Source: Antedon mediterranea (taxonomy: Eukaryota > Animalia > Echinodermata). Taken from it: a stretch of 64,000 nucleotides of DNA. The notes beneath the pieces were generated by a model. It ran no database searches and had not been told where the DNA came from. It saw only the letters and a list, made by a program, of their open reading frames with translations. The DNA lies in the NCBI RefSeq assembly GCF_964355755.1, contig NC_092671.1, positions 1,054,001 through 1,118,000 on the forward strand. The letters run 5' to 3'. Position 1 is the first letter of the stretch. Every line of letters starts with the position of its first letter. This document shows, one piece after another, positions 49,180-61,100 of this stretch. Made by a program: the position numbers and the translations under genes.

Positions 49180-52100
49180 CTGTTTAAAAATCATAATAAT
49201 CATATTTTATAATAAAGTATATTAATATAAGTTTCTTAATACTTACTTTCTTTATTCATCCGAAACTTACATAACTATATATAAATACCGGTGCTAAATG
49301 TGTTCAGTAGTCATGGAAGAAAGACTGTGATTGTGCGCAGAAAGTGCACGCACAGTCAATTGACCACGAAGCTTCTGTATGCTTTAAGCACGTGTCTTAA
49401 CTTTTCCTAAATAATTTGAACAACTAGAAACGGTGAAATGGTAAAACCAATAACAGTGAAAGGGTCAAACCAGAAACGGTGAAATGGTTAAACCATTATA
49501 CAGTGAAAGGGTCAAACCAGGAAGGGTGAAATGGTCAAACCAGGAACGATGAAAGGGTCAAACCAGTAACGGTAAAATAGTCAAACCAGAAACGGTGAAA
49601 TGGTCAAACCAGTACCAACAACTTACCTCTTCTAAATCAAAGTTAGTATTGAAATGTTTTGTAACACTCTCAATCAATCGGCTAAAAGAAAATGAACCAC
49701 CTCCGTAACTGAAAAGAAAAATGTTTCATAACGTGATTGAATTGTTTAGACACCACAAATAAAAAACAATGTACACTATTGGATCACGTTGATTCGTATT
49801 GTTTACCCGACCAAAGTCTTAACGTCAACTCCGAACGACGAGACAGTGAAACCAAAGATGATAGTGCCGCTACATTGATGACCGTGATTTCATCGACTAT
49901 ATGGAATTATTATTTTATATATTAATTGTATTCTTTATCAGGTGAATGCAATTTATTATAAGTTGTATTAAACAAAGTGTTATTGTGTGAAAACAAATTT
50001 AATTTTATTCACATAACTTTGAAATATATAATTTTATTAATAAAAGCATTGTACAAAGGTGGTTTTAAGATACTTGGTCACAATTAGACAAACTTTGTAC
50101 AAAATAAAGATAAACATAACTTGATAGCATCACAAATTAAATCTAGTCAACACCAGGCATATCGTACCTAAACTAAAACAAACTACCGCACGGTATACAT
50201 AATGTCATTACCATTCTCTTTATGTATATATACATAAGGCATAGAACATCAATTCCAAACCGCCCGGTGATATACTGAAATTTAATTAATTAAATTTGAA
50301 ACGATAAGATGAGGAAATCTGTGATTTTCTATGCACCATTAATAGAAATAAATGTTTATGAATGAATGAATTACAATTTATTATCATCAAACTATATAAA
50401 CTTAAATGAAGTTATTCTAAAACTAAAACTACGACGACAAGTTGGCTTCTTCTAGCCATTTCTTCACATCTTCGGCATTGTTATCCATCCACTTTATGTT
50501 TGCTTTAGTTTTTTCTACACTTTGGAGAAATGCCCGGTTGACTGAACCCAAATCTTTGCCTTCCCCGAATTCCAGAAGCTAGAAGAGAAAACACATAATA
50601 CAACGTGTAATTAGATTTACTAGGTTGGATGATATATTAACAATAATAACGGTAAAGAAACTTAGAGCAAACAAGTTGATATGACCTATATTAAGGTCAT
50701 ATAGAAACCTACCGTTTCCAAGTCGTATTCCGTATTGAAGTGGGCGGAGACTGATGAAAGCAGGCGACGAAAGGCAAAACCTCTATATCTACCAAACAAA
50801 AGGTGGGAGTAACAGTTAAGTTATACCAAGAGAAGGAAATTAGTCATGCTAATTCTATCATGTTTAGGCCTATATGGAATTTATATAAGTTTCTACGTTA
50901 ACTATACAACTAAAACCTATTACAGTGTTGAGCCAAAAGCGGTTATACAGAAACTAATAGAAATTGTAATATCACTATTTATATTGTCATAGTGACTGAC
51001 AAAATAGTAAAAGTATACTTTTTTGTGCAAATTAGGCCAAATAAAAAACTTGTCTATAGATTGGCCATATATTATTATTATAAGGTGGTAAGACTACGGT
51101 TATTAATGTTTACCAAAGTGGCTTAATCTTGACAGTTTTAACAGCCGTTAACACATCAAACATGCTAATATTGTAACAATGATAATGTTCTACACTAACA
51201 AACGTTTAATATTCATGAAATGAACTATATTAACGATAAAATGAGTGTTTCTTCATGCTATTTAATAATGATGATCTTAAAACTGTAATAATGATAATAG
51301 TGTTAAGTACTTACACATTGCACGCTGAATAAAAGACGACAGATTAGTATTATTTTAAAAAACTAAGCCAAGATTAGTAGGCTGTCAAACACTTGTTAAA
51401 AGTGCACATAAAAGAGTTAGTCTTCCAGGAGACTGTCGGGAGACTGTCAAACCGCAGTGACCATCAAATGTCCAGATATTTTCTTCATTACAACGTCTTT
51501 AATTTAGTAGAAGCATCATGCAGTTAATTCTTATGTTTTTAACATAATTGCGATGTAGTAGTATAACAATAATTACAGCGACAATATACATATTAAAAGC
51601 ACGTTGTATGTGGTCGATATGTCGGATACCGACTGAGTTAGATATACAGTCAGCCAATTGAACCATCAGACTGGATTGGAAGGTGAGTTTGTGTATAATG
51701 GTTCGTGGCAGACACGCTTGCATGCAAATCACTAGAACTGGTCAAAATGAGTCAATAATACAATTAAGTATTTTTCGCGCTAATTCCTCCATCATCACAC
51801 TGACTGACACTTTACTGTCTGCTTCCAAAGAACCAACCCCCTTTTCACGTCATCATCGCACCATGCGCATGTGTGTCGCTGTTCTGGTTCTCTCTCTCAC
51901 AAACAAATAATCCACTATGTGCTTTTCGATACTCCAGTGGTTGATATTAAATAAACATTTATGAGAGTGGGTTTGTTCCCTATCAGTTACAGGGTTAAAT
52001 ACATTTAATCCACCCCTGATCGTAATGCTAAACAATATTAATAATACTTACTTGTTTCTGAGAATGTCCCATTTGGCGCGAATGAAGTCCCACGCAAGAG

Positions 52101-55100
52101 CTCTACCGACGTAGTTGTCTGATACGTACTGAATGACGTAGACGGCGTCTTGAGATCTTACCTCATCTGGATCTAGTGAAAGCTCAAGATATCTAGAAAT
52201 AAACAACAATCATTAGTTTGTGATGTTAAGCAGGCATTCATTTCATTTATTTGTTCGACAAAAACGTCCAGCTCTATAGAGGCTCACCAGGCTAACCACT
52301 AATTTGTCGATTCGAATTTAGTTTTTATACAAGTTCCTTTTATAAACCAATCTCTGCAATGTAAACAATAACTTTAGCGGAAAATAATACAATTACGTAT
52401 TTCAACGGTTATGTTTACGTTCGCGTAACTGACAGCCACATTGGCCAAGTTTGTTGAACTAACAAAATATGATGCAAATCCAGAATTTCAAAGATTAGAG
52501 CATAGTAAGGTGTGTTTCAACTTCAGCATATGAATTGAGAACACTTTTTGTGGAAGTGCGCTGAATTTTTTTTCCACAAATTGTATTTAATGATAAATTT
52601 GGAAAGTATGTTGTGACTTTTGCCGTTGGTACTCTAGAGAAATGATTATCCATAAAAAATAAGAATTTAATATTTATATGATTTATCCAAATAATGTTAA
52701 TATAATTTGAATAAAATTGTGTTAACCTGCTTAATATCCAGGGTTCCTGACTGCATCCAAGTGCGAACAACCATTTACTCTTTTCTGCAGCATCGTCGCT
52801 AGTTGTATATTTATTATAACCGAAGTCCCACTCGACTTGGCCACCTTCACGGATACCATTACAGTACGTCAGGGTTCGCAAATTCGGTGATACACTAGAA
52901 GAAGAATTGGTTGTCAATAGAAAGAGTGTAAATTCATTAAAAAAAAATTGACAAACACACACTCGCACAATGAGAGAAGAGGCTCCTTACGAGTTTAAAA
53001 AAATAACTGCCTCTTAACTTTACTAAAGGTAAGAATTCAAGAGTGTCTACATTGATGTAATGCGTCAGTCAGCTTGATTCCCACTCGAGTTTTATTTCAT
53101 TTTTTTTTATTTATTTCATATTTTTAAATATCCAAATCGCAGCCAAAGGCTACTTAGAAATATAAACACAATTAAAACAGGCATAAAACAGTATATAACG
53201 AAGTGCACGTACAAATCACAAGAACAAAGTATTTGTGAATATTTATAATATTTATAATTATAAGTGAAATCAAACATATTGCAATAAAAAATAATATAAA
53301 AATACTTATTTAGCTAAAATGTATCTACACAGGGATTAGAAATCAATTCAAATCAATTTGACCAATCACAAACAATGGACCAATCACAATGGATCGTCAC
53401 TATCAAACTAGTGATGTGCCTAAATATGGCATAGTAGTGATATCCCAAATATGTTAGTGATATGACATCATCATGTCCATCACATTTTTTAGTTTGATAG
53501 AGCTTTAGTCATTGTAAATTACTGTGTAAAACGTTAAATCTTACGGGTTTGTGGAATTGCCAGCGTTTGACAACGTCATATATTGTGCATACAGAGCAGT
53601 GGCTTCTATCAGGCAATCATCATTCTTATATGTACAGGCTGTGAAAAGCGCATTCACACGGTTGTATCTGTAAAGAGCACAATTATGACATGAAACAAAA
53701 AAAAACATTTTAACAATTACAGATAATCAGTTAACGGACGAAAAAGAAATGCTCATATTTTTCACTTCACTGTCATCTACAAAACGGCTTTAAATACTTA
53801 TTTGTGTGCACCTGTTTTGTTAGTTTATGGCTTGTTTGGAGAGTAAAGTGACAACAACATTGTATAACTTACTGTTCAAGATGAGATCCGCTATCTATCC
53901 ATCCCACGGAGTTGTACAGGTTCTCGACCAAGTTATGCATATATATCTTACAAAAAAAAAAAAAAAATGTTATAGTTTCATTAATAATATTATTATTAAA
54001 ATCACTATAGTTTAATCAAACTATTATCATGATTAAGTGATCATTATGTCATAATCATTCACCCTATCAATATCATATTATTGAACCATGTTTAGGGGAG
54101 GGATTCCGTCCAGCAAGCTGATCATTGGGCTCCTCAGCAATATTCAATTTAATTCATATTTATAATGCGCCGAATTCTTTCCAAAGAGATAAGTTCTAAG
54201 GCATACAGTACAGATATCATAAACAATCAATTATAAAAAAATACCGGTACTATATAAAGACATAAAATTACAATAAAATCATAAATATTATCAATATCAT
54301 ATCACCATTACCATCAGTAGTATAAAAAAATGAGTATGCCTTATTTAAGTTAAGTTTACCTCGAGAGCGCCATATCCCTCGTATCGACTAAACATGTCTT
54401 GTACGTAACTCATTACTGTCAGAGTGGCTTCCCATGGGATATAGCTCAAGTCGTCCTTTAAAAATGTTGTAAGACTAAGAGCTGTAACTTGTTCTAGTAA
54501 ACCGGCTCTTGCCAAGTTGAAAGCGTCGTCAATAAGAGCGGCTTTGTTTTCATCTGGGAAAACCTATAACAGAGACGGATTTTTTTTAAATATTTATTAT
54601 AAGCAACATGGAACAAAGCAAATTTACTCCAGTATTTACTCCACTACAATCAATACTATGATGTCGATCTATAATCAGTTGACGACAGATACAAAACATC
54701 AGCCAATTTCATTCGTACTTTACTTACAACATATCTGGCACATTAGCAAGCCGAATTACCGGACAAATGCGCACAGTGAAGGCTTTCAATCATCGACATT
54801 TTTATTCCATAATCAATATAAAAACATCAAATACAATACAAGTAATATGATAATGGAATGGGGTAAAAAATAAGCACAAGTGCTTTAAACACGTAACCTA
54901 ACAAAAAAGAACAAACATGAGTACAATTTACTTAAACTTAACTTAAATATTTCTATTGATATAATGTTGCTTTAATCTCTGTTTAAACTTAAAGTGGGGG
55001 ATTCTTTTATATAATCTGTTAAATTATTCCAAATATGTGTTCCTTGGTAGGATTTAGTTGGTGGACAGTAGTTCGACCTGTTTCTAGTTGAGTAATTATG

Positions 55101-58100
55101 GAATGAGGCAGATGTACTAAATAAGTTATTAAATGATTCTGGTAATAGATTATTTTTATATTGGTACATAAATATAGCAGTGTGTTTAATATAAAGGTCA
55201 AAACTATTTCATGTTTATGCATTACTCACGCATAACGGAGTGTAACTAACGCCATCACAATACAAATGAAAATGACCATGATGATGAATAAATATAAATA
55301 TTGGGGGATGATATCAAGATGATAATGACGATGATGACGATGATGATATCAAGATGATAGTGACGATGATGATGACGATGATGATATCAAGATGATAATG
55401 ACGATGATGATATCAAGATGATAATGACGATGATGATATCAAGATGATAATGACGATGATGATATCAAGATGATAATGACGATGATGATATCGAGATGAT
55501 AATGACGATGATGACGATGATGATATCGAGATCAAGATGATAGTGACGATACTTACAGTCGAATTGGTTTCAAGTTGAGTTTTCAATGCATCCCAATTGG
55601 CCTGATCGTAGTTTACTCTGTAGTAGCCGCTCTGTTTGTCATTCAGTATATACCAATCAGGATTACTTCCCAATAAATCAAACGAGTCTGTAAAATAAAA
55701 TAACAATAAAATAGTTTCTTTGATTGTTAGTTCTTAAAAACTGTGGGCTCAACCCTGCAAGTCTATGGGTTGTTACTTGGACGCAATGCAAGGACCTTAG
55801 CGCACCGCAAGCAATTTGACCAATCACGGCGCGATGGATCATTCGAACTGTCATCTGTGATTGGTCAACTCACTTGCGTTGCACCTACGTCGGGTCTACG
55901 TTGGGTCTATTGTATGAAACTGAGCTTTAGGACTCAACTGACACGCGCGTGTATGTAAATGATTGCACTTGCGCGTGTATGTAAATGCTTGCACTTGCGC
56001 ACGTATACATATTTTTTAGCTGTACTGTATGCTAATTAATTAACTCAGCAAATTATACCCGAAAGGAAAACTGTCTTTCATTTTGGGAAAAAAGAATATC
56101 ACAAAAAAAAGTTACCTGGTCCCTTATTGAGCCACCTGTTAGATCTAACGTTACTACTATCGTCGAAATACGAAACTTGCACATACCACGTGTATCTAGA
56201 ATATAAAGAAGGTATATTGAATATATTACTATTTACCAACACGTGGCAATAGGTTAATGATGGACCAATTAATATATACAATACTGTGAGTTGTATCAAT
56301 ATTAACTATAGCAATCTCACCCTAAATCACCGTATTTATCTTCGACTTCTGATGTTGGATCGATTAGGAAATGCGTTTGGTTTGCTGATATTGTGTCACC
56401 ACTACGTTTGCACGTGACCACAGGGTAGCCCATTTGGAGAGTCCATGTGTCCATTATACGTTTAACATCGTTATCTCCTATACCTCTGTCTGCCTAAAGT
56501 AATACAATTTATTTTAAAAAAACATAAATCATTATCATTATTAAGTCAAGTCAAGTTTAAGAAAAAACATAGAAATTCTGTTTGCTCTGTTGGCGGAGCA
56601 CAATATCCAACGGACACAGCACGAACTCAAAAACAAAAACATTACAAAAAAGTGTCTACATTATGTTTAAGGCTAATAGCTCCTGGAAAGAAACTATTTG
56701 TAAAATTGTAAATCGTGCTTTATTGGCCTTAATAGAACGAAATCGCCGACCGATGGAACATACTAGAGGCCGGATGAAATTGATCATCTTTGATAGCCAC
56801 TGCCTTTTTCAGAAGACGATCTGAAAATATGTTCTCCAAAGGCAATTGTGCAAATCCAATTATACGCGATGCGGTCTTGACTATTCTATTTAGGTCACGC
56901 TTTTCATTTTCGGTAGTGCTACCGAACCATACCGTTAAAGAATACGTTATGACACTCTCTATAACTGACCAATAGAAGGACGACATTATTTCAGAGTTTA
57001 TACCAAATGATCTAAGTCTACGTAGGACGTAGGTTCTTCTTTGGGCCTTTCTAATAATGTTACGTGTGTTAATATGCCACATCAGATCATCAGCCCTGCG
57101 GTACACCTGTATTTATAATACGCTTATCCGATATAATAGTGCCCACTTTAGTACGTTGGGGTCGATCAGTTAAAAAGTTTAACACCCAGTTACATATAGA
57201 AATATCGAAACCGATTTCAACCATCTTAGTGTGTAACTTATACGGTACAATCGTATTAAATGCTGAACTGAAATCTATATATAAAATCCTAGCATATCTT
57301 TTATCACGTTCGAGATGCTCTAAGATCCTATGCAAAGTGATTGATACAGCATCTTCGGTAGACCGTATTATTATTAAACCGTATTAATGTCGTCATCATC
57401 TTCATAGTCTATCATCAACCGTATTAATGTCGTCATCATCATAGGCAATCATCAACCGTATTAATGTCGTCATAAGCAATCATCAACCGTATTAATGTCA
57501 TCATCATCGTCATAGTCCATCATCAACCGTATTAATGTCATCATCATAGGCAATCATCAACCGTATTAATGTCGTCATCATCGTCATAGTTTATCATCAA
57601 CCGTATTAATTTCGTCATCATCATCATAGTCTATCATCAACCGTATTAATGTCATCATCGCCATAGGCAATTATCAACCGTATTAATGTCGTCATAAGCA
57701 ATCATCAACCGATTAATGTCGTCATCATCGTCATAGTCCATCATCAACCGTATTAATGTCATCATCGCCATAGGCAATTATCAACCGTATTAATGTCGTC
57801 ATAAGCAATCATCAACCGTATTAATGTCGTCATCATCGTCATAGTCAATCATCAACCGTAATATCCTCACCATCATAAACGTAACGTTATCCATAGTCAG
57901 AATCCTAACTCATTTCTTCTTCTTTTACACCACTTCATGTTTCATTATTAATATCCATTCATCACATTCATGTTCCACGCTCTAGACTGTTTACTCAATT
58001 ACGACCTCTTTTTCAAATTATAAAATGTTACTTACTGCAGTTAAATACTCCCATAAATCATCAGACTCAGCATTACTGTACGCGAAATGGTTTAGGTAGT

Positions 58101-61100
58101 TGGTCAACCCCTTCACAAACACATCTTCTGTAAGTATATCATTTAACATTCTAAGAATTGCGGCTCCCTGGAAAAACAATAAAACGTACATTTCGTAGAA
58201 TAATTTTTCATTTTACACTTCAGCACACATTTCAACAGCAAGTTCAGTGAGAAATAAGCCTTGGCACTTACGGGTCACCGTAAAATTACTTAAGCCCTGT
58301 TTTTTTTTTTAAATAGTAGCTTCATGATTGGTTCCCATTAGATACGCTGCAACACAAGTACGTAAGCGCAACGTAATTTGACCAATCACATGCCATGGAT
58401 TACTCGAACTGTCGGTTTTCATTGGTCCTTGCGTTGTGACTCTAGTGAGAACCAAGCTTTAACGATTGGACGCAAACGCAAGTGGGAAGACCACTCACAA
58501 GCGACAGTTTGGATGATATATTGCTTGTTGCGCGGTGTGCGCTTAATTGATTGCGTTACTATGGTAAGGCAAGTAATGTAGTATTGAGAATTATGAATTT
58601 GTTGTGATACCACGCCCTTTGTTGTGATACCACGCCCTTTGTTGTGATACCACGCCCTATATTGTGATACTACGCCCTTTGTTGTGATACCACGCCCTTT
58701 GTTGTGATACCACGCCCTTTGTGGTGATACTACGCCCTTTGTTGTCATACCACGCCCTTTTTTGACTATTATGAACTCTAATCTAAAGATCATACAATTT
58801 ATTCCAAATTATTTCAAAATGAAGCTTGATTGGTTACAACACTTGTTTTTAGAATTAACTATCTTTATCGATTTTAGTGATTAATGAATTTCGTAAAAAT
58901 AATATTTTATATAGTAAAATGATTACAACCATTAGATTTCTGAGGACGATCAAAGCATATTGATCGAAGCGTCGAGAAACTAAACAGCTCTTTTCAGAAC
59001 TAACATATGTGGTGGTGTACCGCAAACTTATATCAACATTTTACGCATGCAAACCTTCAAACAACCATTAGATTATCAATGCCTACCTTGCTGTAGGAGA
59101 TAGAGTCAAATATCTCATTAATTTCTTCTGGTGTTCGTACAGGTACTTTGATTGGATGAGAACTGCCGAGACCATCCAAAGTAAACACGTACTGCAGATC
59201 CTCAACAACAAACTGTTCTTGCTGTATCAAGATACAAACATTGTGTTTTCATTTTATTTATTTTATTTGCAAACTCAACCAACTGAAAACAGAAATTCGC
59301 CAATAACATTTTAGGGGTATCATAATAACAATAATATGTTTACTGTACTCTTTTGTAAACATTTAAAGATATTATTGTCCCCTAAACAAATAATGTTTTT
59401 CATTGTTTGAATATGTCATTTTAATGGTGACACATAATAGATATTCACATAAAAATATTTACATGAAAAACTGTAATTTAAAGCAATAGTTAAATTGGGG
59501 GTTTTTTGGTTGAAACTGTTTAATTTGTCTTTTTACAAGTGAAAACGTTTTTTTCCTATGGAAGTGAGTAACTTTATGAAAAATGGCCTATTCAACGTAT
59601 TTTTATCAATATTCATTTTTCATGTTTTTTGTGGGAAATACATCTTTAACGTAGAAAGTAAATGACGTCATACCATCTGCCAAGTCGGTTCAATGTGATC
59701 AACACCAAGATATTCCACATAGCTAGCAAAACCTTCATTAAGCCACAAATCATCCCACCATATTGGAGTAACAAGATTTCCAAACCACTGAAAGTATATA
59801 AATGTATTGAGACTGATATGCGACTTATTATACAGAGTCTTACCTAAGCTTGGTTCCCACTTGGATATAACGTAATAATGACGTGTAATTAATTTGACTA
59901 ATCACAAGCAATGGATCATCTCGACCCATTATTAGAACCAAGCTACCGTATATTGTAGAAGTAAATATTTGAGTGATCTCCGTGCCGTACATTTCATTTC
60001 ATCTTTTATTTCGGAAAAAATAATACAGAGTACAACATCTTCCATAGTTCAAGATTAAATTAGTATTTCAGACAAATTGATCAAGTTTAAGATTGCTACA
60101 GTTACGATAATTAAATAATTAGCAAAAATCAACATTTTTAACGAACATGATAATTATTGTTACAATACTAATCTTACCTGATGTGCCAACTCATGAGAAA
60201 CTACAACGGCTATCCTTTGCTTGTTACTCGCTGAATTTTCGGAAGAATCAAAAAGTAGCGCAGTTTCCCTGTACGTAATCAAGCCCCAATTCTCCATAGC
60301 TCCGGCAGAAAAGTCCGGTATGGCTATCATATCTTAAAATAACATAAAACAAAAGGGTGTATATATCAATATACACAATTAAGACAATATTTTATTGGAG
60401 GTGGTTTAGTTAATGTTTGGTCAAATGAAGAGAGCTAAAGAGGGCGTACTATTTTATATTTTGGCACACATTGAAGATAAACGTTTGTGACGTCACCAAT
60501 ATATCGATTTTCTGGAAAATCAATAGGCATTTTGGCATACTGTATACCTAGTTTATTTATAAAATAAAACTTTGAAAATTGTGATGTTATTGACGTTAAT
60601 AATTTTAAAGAAATTTACCAAATAAAAAAAAATGTTCGCAATAAAGTCGGGGTTCATATGCCTACGTCTGACCAGGTAGTGATCACTCCCTGGTCTGACA
60701 ACATAAAGGCGTAGATGATGAATAATGATATGCTTATTATTCGAAAAATAATTTGAATTAATATTAACGTTTCCGTTTGTGGACAATAATGTAGGCCTAT
60801 ATGATTTATAATGAAATATAACATTTGCAAATAGTTTGAGCCCAGACCTAACTACTAGCTGTTTTCAGCCCAGAACTAACTACTGGCTGTTTAGGAATTA
60901 CCTTGTTTAGGTAGTGGGCAGTTTGAGCCCAGAACGAACTAGTGGCTGTTTGGGAATTAACTTGTTTAGGTAGTAGGTAGTTTTAGCCCAGAACAAATAC
61001 TGGCTGTTTGGGAATTACCTTGTTTAGGTAGTGGATAGTCAATATTGAAATAATCTTCGAAGAAATCCAAGATACGAATTCCGGCTTGGAGGGCGTAATC

